In this document: piece by piece, positions 6,178 to 15,274 of the stretch | How positions within the stretch are numbered: the stretch's first letter is position 1 | How the letters are laid out: every line of letters begins with the position of its first letter | Source: a virus | Length of the DNA: 64,000 nt | Virus record (IMG/VR): IMGVR_UViG_3300045135_000898 | Coordinates: 1 to 64,000 of that record | Strand: one strand, 5' to 3' | Program-made: the position numbers and the translations under genes | Notes under the pieces: model-generated | Databases searched by the model: none | The model's input: only the letters and a program-made list of their open reading frames with translations | Told to the model about the DNA's origin: nothing

Positions 6178-6789
6178 TTACTCCGAAATTTTAATCTTTT
6201 TAACGGTATCGAAAGTAACTATTGATTTTGCAAAATCTGGCATTAAAGGATCTTCATATACCTCCATTCCAGACAAGTCAACCTCTAATACCACAGGATC
6301 TTTTATGTTAAACATATTAATAACTTTATTAATAGCACCTTTAGATTTAACAAGGAAGACTGCTTTATAAACCTGTTCATTTGTGGCGTTTCCTAAAGAT
6401 GGGCGAAATTCATTAGAATGATCTTGTGCTGCCATCGGTTTTAAACCATTTTTTAGTATATCATCCACATATTTTTTATTTGCTATATGATATGCCTTTT
6501 TGGCTCGAACCGCTTTAGAAGGAAATATGAAATTTATGCCATTTCCCGTAGAATATCCTGTATTCGTTTTAACTAATAACATTCGACCTTCGGCAACTTT
6601 TGTGCATTGGTCAATAATTTTCTTCATTTTAGAGTCAATAGATTTAGCACTATCTGGCAACGGAATCGATACTGTCCCATTATACGTGTTATATTCAATT
6701 CCATTTTTACTTAAAATTTGCTCAACTTTAGATATGTGGTTTTGAATAATATTTGATTCTGTTAATGAAAATCTTTTAAATGACTGCAC
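6178..6789 (-). CDS. Putative virion-packaged protein with KptA/Tpt1-like ADP-ribosyltransferase-fold domain
   Basis: N-terminal MQSFKRFSLTE (CTS-like); AYHIA...ILKNGLKPM...AVFLV...PVVLEVD pattern resembles KptA YHGT...I..GL.P...VHLS...PVIL.ID; late promoter upstream. Confidence 0.55.
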   Translation of the reverse strand: MQSFKRFSLTESNIIQNHISKVEQILSKNGIEYNTYNGTVSIPLPDSAKSIDSKMKKIIDQCTKVAEGRMLLVKTNTGYSTGNGINFIFPSKAVRAKKAYHIANKKYVDDILKNGLKPMAAQDHSNEFRPSLGNATNEQVYKAVFLVKSKGAINKVINMFNIKDPVVLEVDLSGMEVYEDPLMPDFAKSIVTFDTVKKIKISE

Positions 6790-6820
6790 TTTCGATATTC
6801 CTTTAAGTTTGATATTTATT

Positions 6821-6828
6821 TATTTATA
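6821..6828 (-). promoter_or_regulatory. T4 gp55 late promoter TATAAATA
   Basis: Exact octamer about 30 nt upstream of the 6789 start. Confidence 0.75.
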
Positions 6829-6855
6829 TCTATCATGCATTTTTTTAATAAGACG

Positions 6856-6940
6856 TGGTGCGGGTACCGAGACTCGAACTCGGATAGCTTTCGCTAGAAG
6901 ATTTTAAGTCTCCCGTGTATACCAATTCCACCATACCCGC
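6856..6940 (-). tRNA. tRNA-Leu(TAA)
   Basis: GCGGGTA TGGTGGAATTGGTATACAC GGAGA CTTAAAA TCTTC, long variable arm, CCGAG TTCGAGT CTCGG TACCCGC A CCA. Confidence 0.93.
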
Positions 6941-6946
6941 TATTTA

Positions 6947-8257
6947 TTAAAGTTCAGCAAGATCGTCAATGAATTGATCTTTTGGCGCTGTACCTTTCCA
7001 ATATTTAACCTGCTCTTTCGCTTCTTTAATTTGCTGCATCAATTCTTTAATCATATCAGTAGTCAACGTAAGAAGATTCATTCGAAGCAATCGGTCAGTG
7101 TCTGATTCTAACGCTGTAGTTTCAGCAAGGATTTGCTTTTCAACTTGAGACTTATTCTTACCTTTGAATATGATCTTGTCTTCAAGTACAGCCTTAATGA
7201 ACTCGGCTTTAACACTAAGGAATCTTGCCGACTCTTCGAACTTAGCTAACTCCTGAGAAATACGTTTTTCAAGAATTGTCATACGGTAATCAACAAAGTG
7301 TTTAATCAGGTCAAGTTCATTTGAAAAAATCTTAAGTTTACCGTTTTCGTCGATAGTGGTTAAGTTTTCAGTATGAGACTTCTCAAGCTTGAAGAACTTA
7401 ATAACCTTTTCGTCAGTATTCAATGTCTTGGCTACTGTATTGCGAAGCTTAACATCAAATCGGAAACCTTCAGCCGAACATTCATCTTCGTATGATACCA
7501 AATGGCCATCGTCTTCAAGTTTATCAAGTACCTTTATATATCCTTCACGATCGTATCCGTATGGTACTTCAGTAATAACAATGCGAGTAGACGTAGGACG
7601 GTCAAATGTACCTTTACAATTGAACTTGTTATCAAGAACGGCATATTCAGTCGTGCCTTTAAAGTCAGGGAACGATACTGGTACACGTTTCTTGATCTTG
7701 CCTGTAGTGATGTATTCTTTACACGCGTTAATCAGATCTTTTTCTGACCGCGGAAGAATGTTAGTAGCAAACCCTGTAGCGATACCTTTTGTGCCATTAG
7801 CCAATACCAATGGAATAGAAGGAATGTAAAAGGCAGGAGGAGAATGCTCAGGATCCTCGTGAACTGGGGCCAGTGATATGTCCTTAATATATTTTCCAAA
7901 GTTGCTATGTAAGCGAGTGTAAACATAACGTGCTGCTCCTGCCTCTTGTACAAGTCGAGTACCAAACGATCCTCGACCTTCAATCAAGCAAATGTTATTA
8001 TTCCAGGTTGCAGCCATTAACTGACCTGCACCTGCCGCTGAAGCTTCGCCGTGATTGTACCCATAATCAGATACAACACCAGATACGGCTGAGACTTTCT
8101 TAAACTCTTTAGAAGTATTCGCGATTGAAGAGAATAGGTAAAACCGTTGTACAGGTTTTAGACCATCAATCACATTTGGAATCGCACGGCTCTCAATCGT
8201 ATAAAGAGCAAACGATTTCATTTCATTATCAGCAATTTGACTTAGCTTGTATGTCAT
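6947..8257 (-). CDS. 52: DNA topoisomerase II medium subunit (GyrA/ParC-like)
   Basis: RAIPNVIDGLKPVQR, YNHGE, GSFG, AARY catalytic Tyr, NGTKGIATGFATNI. Confidence 0.95.
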   Translation of the reverse strand: MTYKLSQIADNEMKSFALYTIESRAIPNVIDGLKPVQRFYLFSSIANTSKEFKKVSAVSGVVSDYGYNHGEASAAGAGQLMAATWNNNICLIEGRGSFGTRLVQEAGAARYVYTRLHSNFGKYIKDISLAPVHEDPEHSPPAFYIPSIPLVLANGTKGIATGFATNILPRSEKDLINACKEYITTGKIKKRVPVSFPDFKGTTEYAVLDNKFNCKGTFDRPTSTRIVITEVPYGYDREGYIKVLDKLEDDGHLVSYEDECSAEGFRFDVKLRNTVAKTLNTDEKVIKFFKLEKSHTENLTTIDENGKLKIFSNELDLIKHFVDYRMTILEKRISQELAKFEESARFLSVKAEFIKAVLEDKIIFKGKNKSQVEKQILAETTALESDTDRLLRMNLLTLTTDMIKELMQQIKEAKEQVKYWKGTAPKDQFIDDLAEL

Positions 8258-8284
8258 ATGATACCTTTTTCATTTCGTGGTACT

Positions 8285-8316
8285 ATTATATCAAACGCCA
8301 CGATCGATGTAAATAG
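8285..8316 (-). promoter_or_regulatory. Promoter, CTATTTACA class
   Basis: CTATTTACA-N17-TATAAT upstream of gene 52. Confidence 0.7.
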
Positions 8317-8378
8317 GAATGCGCACATTTCTTCTCATTTTCTTTAATTTTTCTTTGAAATGTGCACTTCGCTTATCA

Positions 8379-8627
8379 TTAGTCAAAGTTATTAAAACCT
8401 TGCTTCTTATTCTTAATTAGCAAAGAGCGTTCACGTTTGAACTGTTCGTACTTACGCATACCTACTTGCTCAAGTTTATCAAGATCTACTTCGTCTAGTC
8501 CATATTTTTTTGTGTTACGCATGATGTCTTCAACTACTCGAAGCAATTGCTTTTCGTCTTTACATTCTTCAATCATGCCACGGATTTCGTGGTACGTTAC
8601 TTCTGCTTTTACTTTCATATTAACCAA
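8379..8627 (-). CDS. Hypothetical protein
   Basis: ORF track; coupled to the topoisomerase gene. Confidence 0.6.
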   Translation of the reverse strand: MVNMKVKAEVTYHEIRGMIEECKDEKQLLRVVEDIMRNTKKYGLDEVDLDKLEQVGMRKYEQFKRERSLLIKNKKQGFNNFD

Positions 8628-10462
8628 TCCTTACGAAGTTGTGCGTCTTTGCCAAACGCGATTTCAAACCAATTATCGTCGTCGATCTCAACAGTATCCA
8701 GTGTAGGTTCATTGATGATTTTACTGTATTCTTCTTCAGTGTGAGAAGCAAGGCCCTTGATGTATCGGTGGTAATACCCAGTCGATTCTGCCTTGAACTT
8801 CGAAGCTGATTCATAATCATAAAACCATTGTACATCCTTACCTTTACTCGAAATCAAAATTGGTGTACGAGTAATATGTATACGACCTTCACTAAACAGT
8901 CTCGGCCAATACTTGTAAAAGAATGCGAGCAGTAACGGCATAATGTGACCGATACCATCATGGTCGGCATCAGTCAGAGTAGCGACATTCTTGTATGTCA
9001 TATCATCAACACTATCGGGATTGCCAATGTCAAGACCCAGGATAGACACCAATTCAGATAGTTCTTTATTCTTTAATACGTCAGCGGGTTTCATATCCCA
9101 AGTATTCATGATCACACCACGAAGAGGATAGCCACCAACTCGTTTAGGATCGCGAACCTTTAGCAAGTAACCAATCGCCGAATCACCCTCACAAAGAAAT
9201 AAGGTTGAGTCCGTGGTAGTAGCGCTGATGTGTTTGGCGACCTTGATCTTCTTGAGTTTTTTCTGCGCCAATGTCGCTGCGCGTTTATCGGCCGCAAGTT
9301 TCTTAGCAAGTTGGGCTTCAACAATCGGCCCGATGATATCCTCGCTCTGCATAATCTTACGTGCAATCTTAATGAATTCGTCCGATTCAAATTTTGCATA
9401 ATGCTCCTTGACTGCCGTGATATTCGAAGTCAGTCGTTCTTTTGTTTGGCTGTCGTATTTTGGATCGACGAAGTTTCTTGCGAAACTAACGAATGTAAGT
9501 CCGTTCTTAATTGTAGATTTTGCAACCTCAATTTTGTGTTTTCTTTTGATAAGTCCCGTAAGCTCATCAACAATGCCATTAACAATAAAATCGACGTAAG
9601 TGCCGCCCAAACGTGTATTGACACCGTTAACATATGAAGTCGTTCTAAATCCATCTTCAGATCCTGTGATAAAGTAGCTCAAGTTTTCTGCAGCAGATAC
9701 CACGACAGATTGATCGCTGTCGGTTGTAAACAGTGCTGAGTATTTCTTGATGTTTGATTCAGAGATACGCTTACCGTTGAACTTGAACTTGATTTCAGGG
9801 AATGCGATCTGCAGAGAAGTCAGACGATCTTCAATCAATTCAACAGTATGTACATCTGATATATGATCAATACCAAATAAGCTGTAGTCAGGAACGAAAG
9901 AAACAGACGTCCCGCTACCATTCTTGCTTGCCTGCGATACCTTAGTTTCATTACTTCCGTCTTTACAGGCAACCTTGACAAGATTTCCATTCTGCCAAGT
10001 GGCACCGATAAACTTCGAAGACATGAAGTTAGTACAAGCAGAACCAACGCCGTTTGCACCGATAGTAGTACGATCGTCATTAAATGAAGTCCCCGCATTT
10101 GTTTTAGTCCAAGCAGCAACTGGACGTAGCAGGGTTTCTCCTGTATGATCAGTTACTTCTTCTTGTGGGATACCACGACCATTATCTTCAACGGTAATGG
10201 TATCGCCTTTAATTGACACGCTGATTTGATTAGCGTGAGCAAAACCCGTACGAATTGCTTCGTCAATAGAGTTATCGATGATTTCGTCAACCATCTTATT
10301 AATGGCAGGTACGTATTCAACGGTCTGCCATTTACCTAGAACAAAACGTTCAACTTTCTCTACCGAAGTAGAACCTAGATACATCCCAGGACGCAGACGA
10401 ACATGGTCGCGAGGTGAGAGGATCTGAAAGTTTTCTTTAGACATAATGTTTCCTGTTTTCAT
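8615..10462 (-). CDS. 39: DNA topoisomerase II large subunit (fused gp39+gp60, GyrB-like)
   Basis: HVRLRPGMYLGS, EIIDNSIDE, DNGRGIP, EGDSA, PLRG, DADHDG, YIKGL. Confidence 0.95.
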   Translation of the reverse strand: MKTGNIMSKENFQILSPRDHVRLRPGMYLGSTSVEKVERFVLGKWQTVEYVPAINKMVDEIIDNSIDEAIRTGFAHANQISVSIKGDTITVEDNGRGIPQEEVTDHTGETLLRPVAAWTKTNAGTSFNDDRTTIGANGVGSACTNFMSSKFIGATWQNGNLVKVACKDGSNETKVSQASKNGSGTSVSFVPDYSLFGIDHISDVHTVELIEDRLTSLQIAFPEIKFKFNGKRISESNIKKYSALFTTDSDQSVVVSAAENLSYFITGSEDGFRTTSYVNGVNTRLGGTYVDFIVNGIVDELTGLIKRKHKIEVAKSTIKNGLTFVSFARNFVDPKYDSQTKERLTSNITAVKEHYAKFESDEFIKIARKIMQSEDIIGPIVEAQLAKKLAADKRAATLAQKKLKKIKVAKHISATTTDSTLFLCEGDSAIGYLLKVRDPKRVGGYPLRGVIMNTWDMKPADVLKNKELSELVSILGLDIGNPDSVDDMTYKNVATLTDADHDGIGHIMPLLLAFFYKYWPRLFSEGRIHITRTPILISSKGKDVQWFYDYESASKFKAESTGYYHRYIKGLASHTEEEYSKIINEPTLDTVEIDDDNWFEIAFGKDAQLRKDWLI

Positions 10463-10474
10463 TTGTATGGAGCT

Positions 10475-10506
10475 ATTATACTACAGATCATAGTGCTTGT
10501 AAATAG
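10475..10506 (-). promoter_or_regulatory. Promoter, CTATTTACA class
   Basis: GCTATTTACA-N17-TATAAT-AGCTCC. Confidence 0.75.
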
Positions 10507-10512
10507 CTAATT

Positions 10513-10520
10513 TATAAATA
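10513..10520 (+). promoter_or_regulatory. Late promoter TATAAATA (plus strand)
   Basis: Exact octamer upstream of the only credible plus-strand gene. Confidence 0.7.
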
Positions 10521-10586
10521 ATAGGATATTTATGAAAATAATATGCTTCAGTGATTGAAAGACTAACTCAACAAAAGGTTACTGAA

Positions 10587-10919
10587 ATGACTGAAGAAAC
10601 TAAGACAATTGATGCAGGCGCGTTAGACGGCGCAGATGCTAACGGCGATGGCCATATTTCAAAAGAAGAACTTGAGATGCACCTTGAGTTCAAACGTAAA
10701 GAGATGGAAGATGCTGATGCTCAGCGTGATGCTATTCGTAAGATGGCATGGTTCTCTTTAATCGGTTTGCTTGTTTACCCAATCGGCATTGCGATTACTT
10801 CATTTGCCGGATTAGAAAAAGCGTCGGAACTTATCGCTGATATTGCTCCGACTTACTTTGCTTCTATCGCAGTATTGGTATCGGCATTCTTTGGCGCTGA
10901 CGCTCTTAAGAAGAAGTAA
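10587..10919 (+). CDS. Late membrane protein with EF-hand-like loop and two TM helices (holin-like)
   Basis: DANGDGHISKEE canonical EF-hand loop; two hydrophobic segments; basic C-terminus KKK; ATG 10587 preferred over GTG 10551. Confidence 0.7.
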   Translation: MTEETKTIDAGALDGADANGDGHISKEELEMHLEFKRKEMEDADAQRDAIRKMAWFSLIGLLVYPIGIAITSFAGLEKASELIADIAPTYFASIAVLVSAFFGADALKKK

Positions 10920-11123
10920 ACATCTTATCCATTGCATTCATTACAATTGTGTGCGTTGCTATAATATCGGACACAAGCGTATAAGTAGCAAAATCTAATT
11001 CTGGGCTCAGCTGTAGCTGTTCTCGATATTCCATGAATTCTCGAATATCAGCTGGCCCAGATTCAGTAAACATCCATTCTCCTTCATCATCAATGAAAGA
11101 TGGGATGCCTAGAAGCCAATCAT
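10906..11123 (-). CDS. Hypothetical protein (true start uncertain, likely downstream part of ORF 10906..11217)
   Basis: ORF track; upstream part overlaps the ClpP-like gene. Confidence 0.35.
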
Positions 11124-11752
11124 ACTTCGATGCTAATAGTATCCGATTCGAGTTCGAGCTCCATTTGCTCATTGTCGATCTCCTCGGCCTTTTCTTCGAA
11201 CTTACGAACCTTTTCATTCAGACGTTCAATGATTTCATCACCTTCCATCCAAAGATCCTTGTTGTTCAACATCATTTCGATTTCTTCTTCAGTCAAGAAA
11301 TCAGTGTAGATTTCACGAAGAAGACGTTCTGACCATTTACGTTCATATACGATGTTATCGTACATTTCACCACCTTTGCCGACAGTACCACCGCTGTAGT
11401 TATGGAACATAAACATAGAATGTGGACTAATTTCGTATGCATCACCGCATAGCATAATCATTGTTGCAGCTGACATGCATGCGCCTTCAACGCTAATCCA
11501 AACGGTCCCAGGGCAGTCAGTCAGTACTCGCATAAACTGAACTGCGGTAAATAGGTTACCACCTTCGCTGTTAATGTAAATCTTGATAAGATCATTTTCG
11601 GTTGCGTGACGAATCGTATCAAACCAATCGATGTAATCTTCAGCTGATGTGATAGTGCCAGTCAAATAAAACTCATGGACCAATCCACTAGGACGATGCG
11701 TAAAAGCACCTTTAGGCTGGGCCAATTTTACAAGCTGTTCAATTCCTTCCAT
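11120..11752 (-). CDS. ClpP-like serine protease
   Basis: IYINSEGG, CMSAA (catalytic Ser), MFHN (His), DLWM. Confidence 0.85.
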   Translation of the reverse strand: MEGIEQLVKLAQPKGAFTHRPSGLVHEFYLTGTITSAEDYIDWFDTIRHATENDLIKIYINSEGGNLFTAVQFMRVLTDCPGTVWISVEGACMSAATMIMLCGDAYEISPHSMFMFHNYSGGTVGKGGEMYDNIVYERKWSERLLREIYTDFLTEEEIEMMLNNKDLWMEGDEIIERLNEKVRKFEEKAEEIDNEQMELELESDTISIEV

Positions 11753-11897
11753 TTAACTTATCCTCAAGTTCTTTAATTTTATGTTCTAATTCGCTGATGT
11801 ATTGTTTTACGTAGAACTTATCACATGCAGATTCGCAGCAATATTCAAGTTGTTCTTTTGCCTTAACGGCCGAAGAGTTTACGTCTTCTGTATTCAT
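11739..11897 (-). CDS. Small hypothetical protein (start MNTEDV)
   Basis: ORF track; GGAG RBS before the internal ATG. Confidence 0.45.
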   Translation of the reverse strand: MNTEDVNSSAVKAKEQLEYCCESACDKFYVKQYISELEHKIKELEDKLNGRN

Positions 11898-12555
11898 TGA
11901 TCGTCTCCAATAATTTATCGGTCCAATTATCACGGTGCTCAATGAATACCTGAGCTGGGTTATCATCTACAGCTATAACTGTTACAAGCTGAGTGATTGG
12001 CATGCCAGTACGTTCCTCCCACATAATAGCGTATGCCGATTCTTGAATAAAGTAATTGGTAATCCATTCCTTCTTTTTAGGTTTACGGCTAGTCTTCCAA
12101 TCAATTATTGAAAGTTTACCATCGAATATTCCGACACAGTCGACACGACCAGCGAGTCCTAAATGTTCAGAATATAATGCTGCTTCTTGAGCATAAATTT
12201 CGCCAATACGAGAATCTAAAATTGGCTTAACTCCGTTGAAGTTATCAACGATATTAGGCATAAAGCCTTCGGTGTAATTCTCAACGTTATTAACATAGTT
12301 TTCAATAATTGTATGAACTGCAGTACCACGAGTAGATGCTCGATGGGATATCTTATTGGCTTCTTCTTCACCAACTCTTGCACGCCATTTTTGAATATGT
12401 TCTTCGCTGAGGATTGAAAGTACAGTAGTTACAGATGGTAGCTTTGAACCGTCGGGGGTAACATAACGACGTCCACCCCCTTCAGTAACTGTATTAAGAT
12501 CTTCATAACCAAGGTTTATATCTTTATGTACAAACCGCTTCTTCAATTCGCTCAC
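11863..12555 (-). CDS. PD-(D/E)xK (RecB/Cas4-like) exonuclease
   Basis: LPSVTTVL, RGTAVH, AGRVDC, IIDWKTS, Q-x-x-AY. Confidence 0.88.
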   Translation of the reverse strand: MSELKKRFVHKDINLGYEDLNTVTEGGGRRYVTPDGSKLPSVTTVLSILSEEHIQKWRARVGEEEANKISHRASTRGTAVHTIIENYVNNVENYTEGFMPNIVDNFNGVKPILDSRIGEIYAQEAALYSEHLGLAGRVDCVGIFDGKLSIIDWKTSRKPKKKEWITNYFIQESAYAIMWEERTGMPITQLVTVIAVDDNPAQVFIEHRDNWTDKLLETINEYRRRKLFGR

Positions 12556-12664
12556 GTTTACTACCTACATAATGTATTCGTTTTTCATTTTTACCAAGTT
12601 TGGTTCTAATCTTGTGTTTATTCCGTTTTTTATTTCGAGGATCAAAACGGGCATATTTAGCCAT
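12524..12664 (-). CDS. 46-aa basic protein (below ORF-track cutoff)
   Basis: MAKYARFDPRNKKRNKHK...; fills the gap between PhoH and the exonuclease, start overlaps the PhoH stop. Confidence 0.55.
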   Translation of the reverse strand: MAKYARFDPRNKKRNKHKIRTKLGKNEKRIHYVGSKRERIEEAVCT

Positions 12665-13356
12665 TAGAATTTTACTCCTAGCATTTCTTTAGTCATAATG
12701 TAGTCCCTAACAAAGTCAGAACGTACGATGTCTTCCCAGGTGAATTCAACAATTTTAAACTTGTTCAAATGGGATGCAACTTCAAGGAACTTGAGGATAC
12801 CATCCCGATCACCCGTTTTATGGAAGTCGGATTGATAGTAATCACCGCAAATCATAAGCTTGCAGTTATTACCAATTCGCGTTACAACTGAATCCAATTC
12901 ATGGGCAGTAAGGTTCTGCATTTCATCAACTACGATAATACAGTTATCGAGTGTTACACCACGAATGAAAGACGTTGTCATAAATTCAACTTCACCGCTA
13001 CTTTTTAATTTTTCCCATGCATCATTCATGCCAAATAGATCGGCACAAATTCCACGATACGGTGCTTCATATACGAGTTTCTTTTCTTCTTCATCACCAG
13101 GAAGAAAACCGATGTCACGCGTCGGAACAATTGAGCGTACAACGATTACTTTTTCATAAGGAGTATTACGGTCAAGTACATCTTCCAATGCTAATGACAT
13201 TGCAACGAATGTCTTACCTGTGCCTGCTGAACCGGCAAGGATTACAGAGTAATCTTTTTCATACGCCTTAAAAACCTTTTGCTGATTATCAGTCATTGGT
13301 TCAATACGACGCAGATCTTCTAAACGTAATTTCAATTGTCTAGGTTTCATTGACAT
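12664..13356 (-). CDS. phoH: PhoH family ATPase
   Basis: GSAGTGKT, IGFLPGD, FIRGVTL, IVVDEMQN, TRIG, GD-x-x-QSD, DIVRS. Confidence 0.95.
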   Translation of the reverse strand: MSMKPRQLKLRLEDLRRIEPMTDNQQKVFKAYEKDYSVILAGSAGTGKTFVAMSLALEDVLDRNTPYEKVIVVRSIVPTRDIGFLPGDEEEKKLVYEAPYRGICADLFGMNDAWEKLKSSGEVEFMTTSFIRGVTLDNCIIVVDEMQNLTAHELDSVVTRIGNNCKLMICGDYYQSDFHKTGDRDGILKFLEVASHLNKFKIVEFTWEDIVRSDFVRDYIMTKEMLGVKF

Positions 13357-13601
13357 TATTTAGTCCACTTATCCATTTGCTGGCCACGAACTTGATGTCC
13401 GTCTTTAATTTTACTCATAACTTCTTTAAACCCGTTGTCCACTTTGATACCCTGTGAACCTACACCAGACACAATCTTTGGTGCTCCGATGACACGTTTT
13501 AAGTTAGGATTATCTTCAAGATATTGTTTGGAATCTTCCCACGAACTCAACTTATGATGACGTTCGCCGGTTTCAATATCTTCATACTCATAGTTAGGCA
13601 T
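13356..13601 (-). CDS. FmdB-like small protein (Cys-less variant)
   Basis: MPNYEY..ETGE...APKIVSG pattern typical of marine T4-like phages. Confidence 0.65.
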   Translation of the reverse strand: MPNYEYEDIETGERHHKLSSWEDSKQYLEDNPNLKRVIGAPKIVSGVGSQGIKVDNGFKEVMSKIKDGHQVRGQQMDKWTK

Positions 13602-14142
13602 TAAACCACTCCGGTGTGTTACGTTTAGTCCAAGCCATTTTAAAACGGTCTTTCTTAGTTTTATAATAGCTGCGGTAAGATCCGACTGGATCAGAATTAT
13701 CTATACACTCAGGATTACTACCCATAGCCAACTTAAACGGCGTAAGAGAAGTGTCAGGAATGTTCTTTGGTACAGCGCGTAAAGCATCACGCAGTTTTGT
13801 ATCAGTTGCGTGTACTTTACCATAACGATATGTATACTCGTCGCATAGAGCAATAAAGTGGTCATAAAGCCAATTGTAATTTGTATTAGACTCTCGAGTC
13901 CAAATGCCACTTGGGTGATTATGGTGACAAGCTTTGTAGTAAATTGACTCGTCAGGGTCAGGCAATGCATAATACTTTTGCTTACGGCCTGACTTGGATA
14001 GACGTTGCTCCAGTGTACCGTCAAGCATGCGATGCGCAGTAGACAATAGCTGCGCAGTCTCGACGATCATCTTAACGACGTGCTTGTCGCATTGTAGTTG
14101 AGCCGCAATAACTGGATCATTGTCAAGAACAAAGATATTCAT
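13594..14142 (-). CDS. Pyrimidine-dimer DNA glycosylase/endonuclease V-family protein
   Basis: MNIFVLD..P..AAQ..CDKHVVKM..ETAQLL, H-x-NHP, EY-x-x-RYGK-x-H. Confidence 0.8.
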   Translation of the reverse strand: MNIFVLDNDPVIAAQLQCDKHVVKMIVETAQLLSTAHRMLDGTLEQRLSKSGRKQKYYALPDPDESIYYKACHHNHPSGIWTRESNTNYNWLYDHFIALCDEYTYRYGKVHATDTKLRDALRAVPKNIPDTSLTPFKLAMGSNPECIDNSDPVGSYRSYYKTKKDRFKMAWTKRNTPEWFNA

Positions 14143-14333
14143 TATAGACCTCGAACGATTTCTTTAGCTAGTTTCATATTAAGAATAACTTCTTTGGTTT
14201 TACCATTAATTTCTTTGGTATAAACCTCACCACATAAGCCACGACGACCGCTAGTTTGGCGTGTAAGATATACAAAGCCAGCTGTCTCAAGGGCTGTACG
14301 AGCACGAGAAAAGATTGCACGATTGGTTAACAT
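14142..14333 (-). CDS. Small hypothetical protein
   Basis: ORF track; GGAG RBS and promoter upstream. Confidence 0.6.
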   Translation of the reverse strand: MLTNRAIFSRARTALETAGFVYLTRQTSGRRGLCGEVYTKEINGKTKEVILNMKLAKEIVRGL

Positions 14334-14365
14334 AATGTAAGTCTCCGTTAATTTGTAATAGAGCT

Positions 14366-14397
14366 ATTATATCAATGTTTGTGGGGTATGTAAATAG
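14366..14397 (-). promoter_or_regulatory. Promoter, CTATTTACA class
   Basis: CTATTTACA-N17-TATAAT-AGCTC. Confidence 0.75.
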
Positions 14398-14427
14398 ATT
14401 TCTTTAGAATATTTCGTTATAAGAAGT

Positions 14428-14448
14428 GGGGACCTTAGAACGGTCCCC
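14428..14448 (-). terminator. GC-rich hairpin, probable terminator
   Basis: GGGGACC-N7-GGTCCCC right after small ORF 14456..14620. Confidence 0.5.
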
Positions 14449-14455
14449 GTGTAGT

Positions 14456-14620
14456 TTAGTGTACTAGTTCAGCCTCTATGTCCGTTATTCGTGAATTTAG
14501 ATATTCAAGTTTGGCTTTCATTTTATGAGCTTGAGGTTTATTTCCCTCCTTTTCAAGACGATACATGAAATGTTTAAGTTCTTTACTATCGCGTTTCAAA
14601 CGTTCAATTTGTGGACACAT
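14456..14620 (-). CDS. 54-aa coiled-coil-like protein (below ORF-track cutoff)
   Basis: MCPQIERLKRDSKELKHFMYRLEKEG...; AAGGA RBS. Confidence 0.55.
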   Translation of the reverse strand: MCPQIERLKRDSKELKHFMYRLEKEGNKPQAHKMKAKLEYLNSRITDIEAELVH

Positions 14621-14792
14621 AAGAGAATCGATCCTTAGTTGGTAATTTACTTTAAAGAATCATAACAAAGGTACAATGTAAACTCCACCTCCTTTTGAAT
14701 AAAAAAGGCCGATAGGATCACTCCCACCGGCCTAAGGGTAACTTAATCGATAAAACTAAAAACAAACATTACTTTATTTTTATTCATACGAT

Positions 14793-14800
14793 TATTTATA
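14793..14800 (-). promoter_or_regulatory. Late promoter TATAAATA
   Basis: Exact octamer in intergenic DNA. Confidence 0.55.
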
Positions 14801-14806
14801 TTTTTT

Positions 14807-15274
14807 CTATTTTCTAATCAACCCAGGGAAGGCCTTTTCAACCAAAGCTTTCGTAATACCTTTGTATTTGCCGTCCATTTCTTTGTCTTTCATATAACAG
14901 AGCAGCTTAGCGTCTTCAGGATGAATAGTCTCAAGAAGATCAATAAACATGCGTTCTCGTTTAGGCTGCATCATATTATCGCCTGGACCACCAATAACAA
15001 AGTACTTCAACTTCTGCGTTTGCTTATGCATATACATTGGTCGTTGACGTTGTTTGTTATCAAGATCAAACGGTTCAAATGGTGGCTCGCCTTTTGGCAA
15101 GTTCCATTGGATACTTTCGTCAAACGATCCACGAAGGAAGTCGCGTAAGGCAAGAGTGTTATACTTTTGAAGTACCTCAATCTTCTCTACGCGGGTTGCT
15201 GCTTCAGCTGCCTCTTCAAGGACTTTATGTAACAACAGCTGTTTCATATTCATTAATGGAAATCTCCTACACAA
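14807..15274 (-). CDS. Conserved T4-like hypothetical protein downstream of rnh
   Basis: W-x-LP-x-G-x-PP...RE-x-MFI-x-LLE-x-IHP-x-DA motif; start probably about 15247-15253. Confidence 0.75.
   Translation of the reverse strand: MCRRFPLMNMKQLLLHKVLEEAAEAATRVEKIEVLQKYNTLALRDFLRGSFDESIQWNLPKGEPPFEPFDLDNKQRQRPMYMHKQTQKLKYFVIGGPGDNMMQPKRERMFIDLLETIHPEDAKLLCYMKDKEMDGKYKGITKALVEKAFPGLIRK

Noticed and set aside
11863-12555. Cas4 of a CRISPR system
   Set aside because: Lacks the Fe-S cysteine cluster and CRISPR context; a common phage exonuclease next to phoH
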